The notes under the pieces: generated by a model
Database searches by the model: none
The model's input: the letters and a program-made list of their open reading frames with translations, nothing else
Told to the model about the DNA's origin: nothing
Shown here: in pieces, positions 27,809 to 37,045 of the stretch
Layout of the letters: every line of letters begins with the position of its first letter
How positions within the stretch are numbered: the first letter of the stretch is position 1
Source of the DNA: Chloroflexia bacterium
GTDB taxonomy: Bacteria; Chloroflexota; Chloroflexia; DTKN01
Direction of reading: 5' to 3'
Length of the DNA stretch: 64,000 nt
Assembly (NCBI GenBank): GCA_049970175.1
Contig: JBMFNL010000003.1
Location: forward strand, 5,652-69,651
Translations under genes and position numbers: made by a program

Positions 27809-27925
27809 AGGGTAACCGCCGGGCCGAACCACCAACGGGTTCCACTCAGGTGAGGCCCTACACGGACCTTGGTGGCGACCAGGGCGGCTACCAACGGTCT
27901 GAACCGAATGGTGTGGAGGCGTCGG

Positions 27926-29653
27926 ATGCAACGGAAAACCCTTTTGGCCCTCCTGGGACTGGGCCTAGCCGCCTACGGCCTCCTTCCCTCCCGGAAACTG
28001 CTGGCCCGATGGCTGCGCCTGCCCGCACCGCAATACGAAGTGGAGGTCGAGGCCGACCTGGCCATCCCCATGCCCGACGGCGTCATCCTGCGGGCCGACC
28101 ACTACTTTCCCCGGCCGGCCGGCTCCTACCCCACCCTCCTGATTCGCACCCCCTACGGCCGGAGGGCGACCGGAGACCTCCTCGCCCGGGGCATGACCGT
28201 TCTGCTCCGTTGCTTCGCCGAACGCGGCTACCACGTCCTCATCCAGGACGTCCGGGGACGCTTCGACTCCGGGGGGACGTTCGAGCCGATGGTTTACGAG
28301 GCGGGCGACGGGTTGGCCACGGTGGAGTGGCTGGCCGGCCGGCCTTGGTTCAACGGAACGCTGGGGATGTGGGGGCCCAGTTACCTGGGCTATGCCCAGT
28401 GGGCGGTAGCCTCCCAGGCTCCATCTTGCCTGAAAGCGCTCGTTCCGATCATCACCTTCTCCCGAGGCTATGGGGCTGCCTACATAGACGGGGCACCGGC
28501 GCTGGACCTGGCTCTAAACGCCCTCTTCCTCTTTGACACCCTCGGTAATCCGGAATGCCCCCCGGAGGAAACCCGAAGGCGCTGGCGACGGCGGGAAAGG
28601 ATTCTCGCCCCGGCCTTCCGCCATCTGCCGCTCCTGGAGGCCGACCGCATCGTCCTCGGCCGGGCCGAGCCTTTCTACCGGAGCGGTTCCCTCCACCCCG
28701 AAGCCGACGATCCGTTCTGGCAGGCCCTGGACCATCGCCCCGGCCCCGGATGGGCAGGGCCGGCCGTCCACCTGATTTCCGGCTGGTACGACCTCTTCCT
28801 CCGAGAACTCCTGAACGACTATGCCGCCCTGCGGGCGGCCGGCCACTCCCCCTACCTGACCGTCGGCCCCTGGTATCATATGGACCTGGCCTGGGTGCCG
28901 GAAGCCCTTCGGGAGGGCCTGGCCTGGTTCGATGCCCACCTCCATGGACAACCCGGGCACCTGCGGAAACATCCGGTGCGCCTCTATGTCCTGGGGGCAA
29001 ACGAATGGCGGGAACTGGAGGACTGGCCGCCAGCCGTCTCCCCGAGGCCCCTCTTCCTGCAGGCCCACGGGCTCCTCTCCCCGCAGCCTCCCACCGAAGC
29101 CTCTCCACCCGACCGTTACCGTTATGACCCGGCCGACCCCACCCCGAACCTGGGCGGCGGCCTGCTTTTCCCGCCGGCCGGCCCGATGGACAACCGCCCC
29201 CTGGAGGCCCGGCCGGACGTCCTCTCCTACACCACCCCGCCCCTGAAGCGCGACCTGGAGGTGATCGGCCCGGTGCGGCTGCAACTGTACGTCCGCTCCA
29301 GCCTGGCCCACACCGATTTCTTCGGCCGGCTATGCGATGTGCACCCGAACGGCCGCTCGATCAACCTCTGCGACGGGCTGTTTCGCATCGAACCGGGAAG
29401 AGGGGAACGCCTGCCCGATGGGACGCTCCGCATCGAGGTGGACATGTGGGCGACGGCCTGCCGCTTCCGCCGGGGGCATCGCATCCGCCTGCTGGTATCC
29501 AGCGGCGCCCATCCGCGCTGGGCCCGCAACCTGGGATTGGGCGAGCCGCCGGCCACCGCGACTCGGATGGCCGTAGCCGAGCAGGAAATTTACCACGACC
29601 CCGACCACCCCTCGGCCCTGCTTCTGCCGGCCGCCTCCCCGCTCTCGCTTTAG
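27926..29653 (+). CDS. CocE/NonD family hydrolase (X-Pro dipeptidyl-peptidase S15-like)
   Basis: RTPY, QDVRGRFDSGG, nucleophile motif GPSYLG, GWYD, GPWYH, YDPADPTP, GHRIRL. RBS GGAGG. Confidence 0.92.
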   Translation: MQRKTLLALLGLGLAAYGLLPSRKLLARWLRLPAPQYEVEVEADLAIPMPDGVILRADHYFPRPAGSYPTLLIRTPYGRRATGDLLARGMTVLLRCFAERGYHVLIQDVRGRFDSGGTFEPMVYEAGDGLATVEWLAGRPWFNGTLGMWGPSYLGYAQWAVASQAPSCLKALVPIITFSRGYGAAYIDGAPALDLALNALFLFDTLGNPECPPEETRRRWRRRERILAPAFRHLPLLEADRIVLGRAEPFYRSGSLHPEADDPFWQALDHRPGPGWAGPAVHLISGWYDLFLRELLNDYAALRAAGHSPYLTVGPWYHMDLAWVPEALREGLAWFDAHLHGQPGHLRKHPVRLYVLGANEWRELEDWPPAVSPRPLFLQAHGLLSPQPPTEASPPDRYRYDPADPTPNLGGGLLFPPAGPMDNRPLEARPDVLSYTTPPLKRDLEVIGPVRLQLYVRSSLAHTDFFGRLCDVHPNGRSINLCDGLFRIEPGRGERLPDGTLRIEVDMWATACRFRRGHRIRLLVSSGAHPRWARNLGLGEPPATATRMAVAEQEIYHDPDHPSALLLPAASPLSL

Positions 29654-31209
29654 CCCCACGGCCTCATCAGCACCCGCTCTCCCTCCTCCAGGCCGGAGAG
29701 CACCTCATAGTACTGCGGGTCGGCCACGCCCAGCGTGATTCGCACCCGTTCGCTTCTCCCTTCCCTCAGCACCGTCACATAATAGCCCTCGCCGATGCGC
29801 TCCACCGCCTGTCGGGGAATGAGGAGGGCATCCTCCTTCTCCACAGTGACGATGGTCAGGTTGGCGGCCATGCCCAGGCGCAACGTGACCGGGAGCGGCG
29901 GCCGGAGGGCGATGGTCGTCAGGTAGTAGGGCGTGCCCCGATCGATGGTCACCGCCGGGGCGATCTCCTGTACCGTCCCCCGTAGCGGCCGGCCGGGGAA
30001 GGCATCCAGCGTGACGGTTACCGCCTGGCCCGGAGACACCCAGCCCACATCGATTTCATCAATGCGGGCCCGAATCTGCAGTTGACGCAGATCGGCCAGT
30101 CGGACCAGGGAGGAGTACGCCCCCACCACTTCCCCCTCATCGGCCGCCAGTTCGACCACCGTCCCGGCAAAGGGGGCCAGGAGGCGGGTCTTGTCCAGTT
30201 CGGCACGGGCCTGCTCCAGGGACAGTTGGGCCAGGAAAAGTTCCCGTTCCAGAATCTGCACCTGGATCGAGTCCGACCCGGCCTGAAGCCGGGACAGGTT
30301 GGCCCGGGCCTGCGCTACCCGGGCCTCGGCCTCGGCCCGTGCGGCCTCCTCCGGCCCGGAAAGCAGTCCCTGCAGGTGGGCCCGCGCTGCGGTCAGGCGG
30401 GCCTGGGCCTCGGTCACCGCCGCCTCCTGTTCCTGCCGGGCCCGCTCATAGGCCAGCCGGGCCTGTTCCATCGCATCTTCGGCATCCTCCACCTGCCGCC
30501 AGGCCAGCGTCTCGGCATCTTGCTGCGCCTGGGGGAGGGGAATACCCCGCTGCCGCAAGCGCTCGTTCTCCCAGTAGATGCGGCTGTAGGCATCCTGGGC
30601 ATTGCGGAGGGCGTTGGCCGCGACCTCCCAGTTCAGCCGGGCGCTCTCCACGGCCAGGGCCGAGGACTCCCGGGCCTGCTTCAGGGCCGCCTCGGCCTGG
30701 ACCACCTCCTGCCGGGCCACGGCCACCTCCTCGGGCCGGGCACCGGCCAGGAGGGCGGCCAGCCGGGCCTCGGCCGCCGCCAACTCGGCCTGGGCGGCGG
30801 CGATCTCCTCGGGCGAGGCGCCTTCCCGGGCCTCCTGCAGATGGAGTTGGGCAATTTCCAGCCGCAGGCGGGCCTCCTCGACGCGGTATTCCAGGCCCTC
30901 GGAGGAAAGGCGTACCAGGAGGGTTCCCGTGACCACCTCCTGCCCTACCTTCACCGGCACCTCCACAACCTGACCGCTTACCGGGCTGGCCAGAACCGCC
31001 TGGCGGGTCGAGATCACTTCCCCGAAGGCGCTGACCGTGCCCCGGATGGCCCCTCGCCGGACGACGACGTAGGGGGGCGGCGTGGGTCGCAGGAGGAAAA
31101 GGTAGAGGAGGCCGGCCGCCAGGGCCAGAACCAACCCCAACCCGACCGCCAGCCGGCGCCGATTTGCACGTTTCGGAGTTCCTTGGTATAATTCGTTTTG
31201 CTTTTTCAT
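29650..31209 (-). CDS. Efflux transporter periplasmic adaptor (MacA/HlyD-like membrane fusion protein)
   Basis: N-terminal TM helix, lipoyl halves SPVSGQV..V.VKVG and LAPFAGTV, long coiled coil, IDEID, EVLSGLEEGE. Confidence 0.88.
   Translation of the reverse strand: MKKQNELYQGTPKRANRRRLAVGLGLVLALAAGLLYLFLLRPTPPPYVVVRRGAIRGTVSAFGEVISTRQAVLASPVSGQVVEVPVKVGQEVVTGTLLVRLSSEGLEYRVEEARLRLEIAQLHLQEAREGASPEEIAAAQAELAAAEARLAALLAGARPEEVAVARQEVVQAEAALKQARESSALAVESARLNWEVAANALRNAQDAYSRIYWENERLRQRGIPLPQAQQDAETLAWRQVEDAEDAMEQARLAYERARQEQEAAVTEAQARLTAARAHLQGLLSGPEEAARAEAEARVAQARANLSRLQAGSDSIQVQILERELFLAQLSLEQARAELDKTRLLAPFAGTVVELAADEGEVVGAYSSLVRLADLRQLQIRARIDEIDVGWVSPGQAVTVTLDAFPGRPLRGTVQEIAPAVTIDRGTPYYLTTIALRPPLPVTLRLGMAANLTIVTVEKEDALLIPRQAVERIGEGYYVTVLREGRSERVRITLGVADPQYYEVLSGLEEGERVLMRPWG
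31164..31192 (+). promoter_or_regulatory. rpsT promoter
   Basis: TTGCAC-17 nt-TATAAT with extended TG. Confidence 0.7.
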
Positions 31210-31239
31210 CGGAACACGCTCAAGGAGGATGTAGACTCA

Positions 31240-31524
31240 ATGGCTCATACCCGTTCTGCTTTGAAAAAGATTCGCCAGGCCGAGCGCCGGCGCCGGCGCA
31301 ACCAGATGATCCGCTCCCGGGTCAAGACGCTCATCAGAAAGGCCCGGGCCCTGATCGAGGCCGGCCAGTTGGAGCAGGCCGGCCTGGCCGTCGGCAACGC
31401 TATCAGCGCCCTGGATAAGGCGGCCGAAAAGGGCGTCCTGCACCGCAACAACGCCGCCCGACGCAAGTCCCGCCTGGTCCGGCGCTACAACAGCGCTTTC
31501 CGCCCCGCACCGCCGGCCGCCTGA
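31240..31524 (+). CDS. rpsT: 30S ribosomal protein S20
   Basis: MAHTRSALKKIRQAERRR..N...DKAAEKGVLHRNNAARRKSRL. RBS AAGGAGG. Confidence 0.97.
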   Translation: MAHTRSALKKIRQAERRRRRNQMIRSRVKTLIRKARALIEAGQLEQAGLAVGNAISALDKAAEKGVLHRNNAARRKSRLVRRYNSAFRPAPPAA

Positions 31525-31551
31525 AGGCGTCCTCCAGATTTCTCGAACCCC

Positions 31552-31577
31552 AGGCCTCCCGCAAGGGAGGCCTTTTT
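31552..31577 (+). terminator. rpsT intrinsic terminator
   Basis: AGGCCTCCC-GCAA-GGGAGGCCT followed by a T run. Confidence 0.85.
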
Positions 31578-31614
31578 CCGGCCACATTCCTGCAGATGGG
31601 CAGGGCGTCCCGCC

Positions 31615-32580
31615 CTATAGCCCCGCCACCTCCACAACGGCCAGTTCGAGGGCCACCTCGCCATCGCGCCGGCCGGTCTTGATCTCTCGGTCCACCTCGA
31701 CCAGACGGCGGTAAATGCTCTCCAACTCTTCCCGTGACAACCTCTGGGCCTGCACCACCACCTTTTCGGCCACAAAGGGATGGAGTCCCAAAACACGGGC
31801 TACCTGCTCGGGCCGGCGTTCCCCGGCCGGCAACCCCTTGACCTCCAGGAGGAGGCGGAACTGGCGCACGATCATGCTCAGGATGTAGAGGGGGTGCTGG
31901 CCGGCCTGGAGCAGACGGCGCAGTTCCAGCATGGCCCGGGCCCGTCGCCGCTGGCCGATGGCGTCTACCAGGGCGAAGATGTCGCTCAGACGGGCCTCGC
32001 TGGCCAGTTCGGCCACCAGACGCTCGTCGATCCTCCCCTGCGGGCCGACGTAGAGGACCAGTTTCTCCACCTCATGGCGTAACACCGCCGTGTCCGTCCC
32101 GACGGTCGAGGCCAGCAGGTCGCAGGCGGCCGGGGTAATTTCGGCCCCCTGCCGTCGCACCTCCTGAGCGATCCAGAGCGAAAGGTCGCGGCCCCGGGGC
32201 GGCGTGAACTCCCGCACCTCGCCCAGCGGCCGGACCAGGGCCACCAACGGGTGCGTGGCGGCCAGACGAACCCGCTCCCGGAAGATGAGCAGCGTGTTGG
32301 GGGATAGGCGGGGCAGAAAGTCGCGCAGATGGGCCAGGAAGGCTTCCCCTGCTCCCTTCTGCTCCAGTCGTTTTCCCAGTCCTTCCACGATCACGGCACG
32401 GCAGGGGGAAAGGAAGGGCAGGGCCTGGCAATGCTCGATCAGGACGGCCGGGCTCAACGTCTCCCCATCCAGGCGGCTGATGGCCGGCTCCCAAAACTCC
32501 GGCGGAACCTTTTCCTGCAGCAGGCGCTTCAGGGATTCCTCAGCGGCGACGAGGTCCTCGCCATGGAAGAGGTAAACCAT
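31615..32580 (-). CDS. holA: DNA polymerase III subunit delta
   Basis: VYLFHGED, ALPFLS..R.VIV, EVEKL, IFALVDAI, HPFV..K, DREIKTG. Convergent with rpsT. Confidence 0.92.
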   Translation of the reverse strand: MVYLFHGEDLVAAEESLKRLLQEKVPPEFWEPAISRLDGETLSPAVLIEHCQALPFLSPCRAVIVEGLGKRLEQKGAGEAFLAHLRDFLPRLSPNTLLIFRERVRLAATHPLVALVRPLGEVREFTPPRGRDLSLWIAQEVRRQGAEITPAACDLLASTVGTDTAVLRHEVEKLVLYVGPQGRIDERLVAELASEARLSDIFALVDAIGQRRRARAMLELRRLLQAGQHPLYILSMIVRQFRLLLEVKGLPAGERRPEQVARVLGLHPFVAEKVVVQAQRLSREELESIYRRLVEVDREIKTGRRDGEVALELAVVEVAGL

Positions 32581-32612
32581 ACCGGCCGTCCTCTCGTGCT
32601 GTGGGCATACGA

Positions 32613-32806
32613 AAACCCCACCATGCCGTATGCCGGTTGAGTTCTAAACCTGAGTTCTCACCCAGGTGGGAGCCGGTATGACGGTTTTGCGTTCCTGGGT
32701 CAGGCCCTGCCTGCCCAGTCTACGCAGCCCCGCCAGGGACTGTCTCCCAATGTCGCAAGTGTTGGCTCAGAACTTTTGCCGGCAATTACGGGCACGGCAG
32801 GGTTCT
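32613..32806 (-). ncRNA. ssrS: 6S RNA (SsrS)
   Basis: About 195 nt on the minus strand. Closing stem AACCCTGCCGTG...CATGGTGGGGTT. 6S-like motifs TGAGCCAACAC, GGGAG...GGCTCCCACCTG, AGGTTTAGAACT around a central bubble. Own promoter directly upstream. Confidence 0.85.
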
Positions 32807-32812
32807 ATTTGT

Positions 32813-32841
32813 ATTTTACCACAAAACCCGCTAGAATGCAA
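32813..32841 (-). promoter_or_regulatory. 6S RNA promoter
   Basis: TTGCAT-17 nt-TAAAAT on the minus strand. Confidence 0.7.
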
Positions 32842-32864
32842 ATCGCTACCATCTGCGGGCCTAG

Positions 32865-32893
32865 TTGAACTTATCCCGGGCCTCTGTTATACT
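32865..32893 (+). promoter_or_regulatory. Promoter of the aminotransferase gene
   Basis: TTGAAC-17 nt-TATACT with extended TG. Confidence 0.6.
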
Positions 32894-33017
32894 GGGCCCG
32901 GCTCACCGCCGGCCGGGCATAAGCGCTTTTCTGCCACACGTATAAGGCCCGATCGGGGGTTGCGCCTTCCTACCGGCTACGAGAGATGCAAAGCAGTCCT
33001 GTAGATGAGGAGGTCCG

Positions 33018-34400
33018 ATGAAAAGAGACCATACCCGCCTGATGCAGGCCCTGGCCGAGGCCTATGCCCGATACTCGCCCCGTTCCGCAGCCCTTCAGGA
33101 GCGGGCCCAACGGGTGATGGTGGACGGCGGAAGCCACAACGTGCGCCTGATCTGGCCCTTTTCCCCGCGCATCACAAGCGCCCGGGGGGCCTGGCTGCGG
33201 GATGAGGATGGGCACAACATCCTCGACCTCTGGCAGGGGCACTTTGCCAACGTCCTGGGCCACAACCCGGAGGTCGTTACCACGGCCCTGGCCGAGGCCC
33301 TGCGCTCCGGCTGGGGGCTCCTGGGCGGCATGACCGATGTCCTCCAGATCGAGGTGGCCGAAATCCTCTGCCGTCAGACCGGGAGCGAGCGCGTCCGCTT
33401 CACCACCAGCGGCTCGCTGGCCACGATGTACGCCATCCTGCTGGCCCGCGCCTTTACCGGGCGAAGCCTGGTGCTCAAGGTGGGCGGCGGGTGGCACGGG
33501 GCCCAGCCCTGGGGACTCAAGGGCGTGGAGTTCCGCCAGGGTTACGAGCAGCCGGATAGCGAAGGGCTTTCCCCCGCGCAGATGGCCGATGTCTGTGTAA
33601 CCCGTTTCAACGATGTGGAGGCGCTGCGACGGGCCTTTCGGGAGTTGGGGGATCGCCTGGCCTGCTTCATCGTCGAACCGTTCATCGGGGCCGGCGGGTT
33701 TCTCCCGGCCCGACGCGAGTACCTGCAGGAAGCCCGCCGTCTCACGGAGCACTATGGAGCCGTGCTCATCTTCGACGAGATCATCTCCGGCTTCCGCTTT
33801 CGGGCCGGCGATGCCGGCGCGCTCTACGGCATCCGGCCGGACCTGGCCACCTTCGGCAAGGCCATGGGGGGCGGGATGCCGGTCGCGGCCGTGGCCGGCC
33901 GGGCCGACATCCTGGAACTGGCCGGCCGGGAGAGCGGCCGGGTGCGCTTCTCCGGCGGCACCTACAGCGCCCACCCCGCTTCCATGCTGGCGGCCAAGGT
34001 GATGATGGCCCACCTGGTGGAACACGAGGCCGAAATTTACCCCCGCCTGGCCGAACTGGGCGAAAAGGCCCGCCGGACGATGGAGGCGGCCTTTGCCGAG
34101 GAGGGCATCTATGCCCGCTGCAGCGGGCACCGGGCCGACGTGCTCCCCGGAAGTTCCCTGGTCAAACTCCACTTTCCCTACCGGGAGGACACGCCCCTGG
34201 AAAGCCCCGACGAGGCGCACAACCCGGACATCTGCGACGACGTGCTGGCCGAAAAGGCGCTGCGCCTGGCCCTGCTCCTGGAAGACGTGCATACCGTCCA
34301 CGGGGGCGGGGCCCTCAGCACCGCCCACAACGAGGAGGACATCGCCTTCCTGGGCGAAGCCTGCCGGCGGGCCGCCCGCCGGATCAAGCCCTACCTGTAG
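33018..34400 (+). CDS. Class III PLP aminotransferase (glutamate-1-semialdehyde aminomutase-like)
   Basis: LGHNP, VRFTTSG, GGWHG, IVEP, LIFDEIISGFR, PLP-Lys in TFGKAMGGG, GTYS. Confidence 0.88.
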   Translation: MKRDHTRLMQALAEAYARYSPRSAALQERAQRVMVDGGSHNVRLIWPFSPRITSARGAWLRDEDGHNILDLWQGHFANVLGHNPEVVTTALAEALRSGWGLLGGMTDVLQIEVAEILCRQTGSERVRFTTSGSLATMYAILLARAFTGRSLVLKVGGGWHGAQPWGLKGVEFRQGYEQPDSEGLSPAQMADVCVTRFNDVEALRRAFRELGDRLACFIVEPFIGAGGFLPARREYLQEARRLTEHYGAVLIFDEIISGFRFRAGDAGALYGIRPDLATFGKAMGGGMPVAAVAGRADILELAGRESGRVRFSGGTYSAHPASMLAAKVMMAHLVEHEAEIYPRLAELGEKARRTMEAAFAEEGIYARCSGHRADVLPGSSLVKLHFPYREDTPLESPDEAHNPDICDDVLAEKALRLALLLEDVHTVHGGGALSTAHNEEDIAFLGEACRRAARRIKPYL

Positions 34401-35265
34401 GAATGGGCCGGCCGTCGTACCCTTTCCCTTCCTCCGCTCCCTGACAACGGGGGCAGAAATGGCTGCTGCGGCCGGCCACACGCTCGCATCGAATCGCCGT
34501 TCCGCAGCGCGGGCAGGGCCGGCCGGCCCGCCCGTAGACCTGCAGCCGCTCGGCAAAACGGCCTCCTTCGCCCCGGCCGAAGAGAAAGGCCCGGTCGGCC
34601 AGCGTGGTGCCCTCGGCGGCGACGGCCTCCTCCAGGACCTCCCGGACGGCGCGATGCAGGCGGATCACCTCTTCCGGCGAGAGGCTTCCGGCCGGCCGGC
34701 AGGGGTGCAAACCGGCCCCGAAGAGGGCCTCGTCGGCGTAGATGTTGCCCAGGCCGGCCAGAAAACGCTGGTCCAGCAGGAGGGCCTTCAGGCGGGCTCG
34801 AGGGCGACACCGCAGCCGCTCGGCCAGCAGGCCCGCCGTCCAGTCCGGCGAAAGCGGCTCCGGCCCCAGGGAACGGTCCAGGGCAGCATAGTCCTCAGGG
34901 GAAAGGAGCCGCATCCGCCCGAACTTGCGGGGATCACAGAAGTGGAGCGCCCGACCGTCGTCCAGGTCCAGGACGGCGTGGGTGTGCCGGTCCGGGGGAA
35001 TTTCCCCAGGGAAAAGGAGGAGACGGCCGCTCATGCCCAGATGAACGGCTAGGAAGCGGCCGTCTTCCAGACCCAGGAGCAGATGTTTTCCCCGCCGGCC
35101 GACCTCCTGCACCCGGCAGCCGACCAGGGCGGCGATGAAATCCTCCCGGCCGTACGGCGCGATCAGCGGAGTATAGTCCAGCGCCCGGATGCCGACGATG
35201 GTGCGGCCGGCCAGATGGGGGCGCAAAGCCCGGGCGGTCGTCTCCACTTCAGGAAGTTCGGGCAT
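34384..35265 (-). CDS. mutM: Formamidopyrimidine-DNA glycosylase
   Basis: MPELPEVE, RRGK, HLGMSG, DPRKFG, GLGNIYADE, C4 zinc finger CPRC...CPRCQ. Confidence 0.97.
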   Translation of the reverse strand: MPELPEVETTARALRPHLAGRTIVGIRALDYTPLIAPYGREDFIAALVGCRVQEVGRRGKHLLLGLEDGRFLAVHLGMSGRLLLFPGEIPPDRHTHAVLDLDDGRALHFCDPRKFGRMRLLSPEDYAALDRSLGPEPLSPDWTAGLLAERLRCRPRARLKALLLDQRFLAGLGNIYADEALFGAGLHPCRPAGSLSPEEVIRLHRAVREVLEEAVAAEGTTLADRAFLFGRGEGGRFAERLQVYGRAGRPCPRCGTAIRCERVAGRSSHFCPRCQGAEEGKGYDGRPIPTGRA

Positions 35266-37045
35266 CTTCCGCTCCCAACTCGCTTTTCCCCGCGCCCGAG
35301 GGAACGGTGAGCAGCCCCGTCAGGCAGAGAGGAAGTCCGATGAGTAGGAAACCGGTCTCGGCATATCCCTCGTAGGCCCCCTGGCGGGTTAGAATACCCC
35401 AGCAGGCCAGCAGGACGGCCAGCAGGCCGTAGCCGAGAAAGAGAAACGCCCGGCTTTCCCGGGGTAGAGCCCGGCTATCCCGGTTGAGCCCATAACGCAG
35501 CCCCTGGCTCAGGAGGCTCAGGAGCATGCTCACGGCCAGAAAAAGGTTTCCCACCTCCGGCAACGCGTTCAGTGGAGAAAGGGGATCGGAAAGGAGCGGG
35601 TAACTTTCCAGCAACCAGAGGGTCAGGGCGGCCGTGCTCAGTCCGAGGAGGGTGGAGGGGTTCAAGCGGCGGCGGAGGAGGGCCAGGAGGAAAAGCCCGG
35701 CCAGGGCCAGCGTGCCTGTGGCCGTGAGGTCCTCCAGGCCGAAGGTGGCCGCTCCCAGGAAGCCCAGCGGCCGGGTGGCTTTCCAGTACAGCATCCAGAA
35801 CCCCAGGCCGAGGAGGAAAAGGGCCCCGCGCGGGAAACGCCTCCCCAAGAGCAGGCCGCCCAGGGCCAGTCCCCCGCCGATTACCCAGGTATAGTACTGG
35901 CCGAAGCGAAGGAAGGCGGCCCCGGCCTGCTCCAAGAACAGGGCAAAGCGGCTGACCAGAGCCCCGGAAGCCGGCAAGAGGGTGACCACCAGGGTGGCAA
36001 CGGCCAGGAAGAGTTGAAAGAGGGGCAGCGGGCCGGCCAGGAGGAGGACCGGAAGGAGGGTCCCCCAGGACGGCTCCTCCTCTCGGTGTCGCCGGCGACG
36101 CAGCGACCAGAAAGCCAGGAAAAGCAGCCCGACCAGGACCGCCGCCCCCCAGCGCCAGGGACGAGGCCGGCCGCCCCCCAGGGGCCAAAGCCAGAGCCAG
36201 AAGAGACGCAAGAGGAGGAACAGGCCCAGGGTCCATCGCCACAGCGCCGGCCGGCCGAGCGTTTCCAGCCAGCGGGATCCGACCCGGCCCAGTTCGAGGG
36301 CGATGCCGGCGACGGCGCTGCCCGAAAGGAGGAAAAAGGGCACCACCAGCGAGACGAGCAGGCTGAGGTTGCTCCCCAGCCGGATGGCGGCACTCCGCCC
36401 CACAACGTCCGCCCCTCCACCGGCCAGTTCCGCGCTCAGGTATCCGCCCAGGAGGGCCCCGATGCACAGCAGGGTGATGAGGACAACGTGGGCGGCCAGA
36501 GGGGATGCCTTTCCCCCTCGACGGTACGGCCCCGCCCCCATCCCCACCAGGAGAAGCAGAAGGAGGCTGCTGCCCCAGGAGAGCAGGGTCCAGGGACGGG
36601 CCGCCGGATGGGCCAGGTCGCTCCGGTCAGCCAGGGTGAGGGCAAAGGCGGCGAAGGGAACCAACACCAGGGCCCGGAAGACCCCGGAGGCCCGGGCCGC
36701 GCCGGCGAGGAGATACGCCCAGGCCAGGGCCAGGAGGCCCCCGATCAACGGCACGGCCGGCAGGGGAACCGTGGGCATATACCGCTCCCCGGTCGCCATC
36801 GGCAAGGAAAGCAGCGGGCCGACGCTGCGGAGTTCTCCCACCCAGGGCACCAGACAGGCCAGCCCGGCCGCCAGCCAGAGGCCCAGGCGGGCGGCCGTCC
36901 GAAAGGCCGGGCTTCCCCCACGCAGGTCGAGCCGTCCGGCCCAGGCCTCGCCCCAGATGAGCACCCGGCCCACTTCCCCCAGGAGGCCGCCCAGGGCATG
37001 GAAACAAGCCCACCGGCCGGGCCTGGCCGGCCCACGCTCACTCAT
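35249..37045 (-). CDS. Hypothetical multi-pass membrane protein
   Basis: 598 aa, very hydrophobic, overlaps both neighbouring genes. No family recognised. Confidence 0.75.
   Translation of the reverse strand: MSERGPARPGRWACFHALGGLLGEVGRVLIWGEAWAGRLDLRGGSPAFRTAARLGLWLAAGLACLVPWVGELRSVGPLLSLPMATGERYMPTVPLPAVPLIGGLLALAWAYLLAGAARASGVFRALVLVPFAAFALTLADRSDLAHPAARPWTLLSWGSSLLLLLLVGMGAGPYRRGGKASPLAAHVVLITLLCIGALLGGYLSAELAGGGADVVGRSAAIRLGSNLSLLVSLVVPFFLLSGSAVAGIALELGRVGSRWLETLGRPALWRWTLGLFLLLRLFWLWLWPLGGGRPRPWRWGAAVLVGLLFLAFWSLRRRRHREEEPSWGTLLPVLLLAGPLPLFQLFLAVATLVVTLLPASGALVSRFALFLEQAGAAFLRFGQYYTWVIGGGLALGGLLLGRRFPRGALFLLGLGFWMLYWKATRPLGFLGAATFGLEDLTATGTLALAGLFLLALLRRRLNPSTLLGLSTAALTLWLLESYPLLSDPLSPLNALPEVGNLFLAVSMLLSLLSQGLRYGLNRDSRALPRESRAFLFLGYGLLAVLLACWGILTRQGAYEGYAETGFLLIGLPLCLTGLLTVPSGAGKSELGAEDARTS

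Noticed and set aside
27811-27893. tRNA call (stem ending in CCA, contains GGTTC)
   Set aside because: No valid T-arm, D-arm or anticodon-arm geometry. Kept only as a generic structured-RNA candidate.
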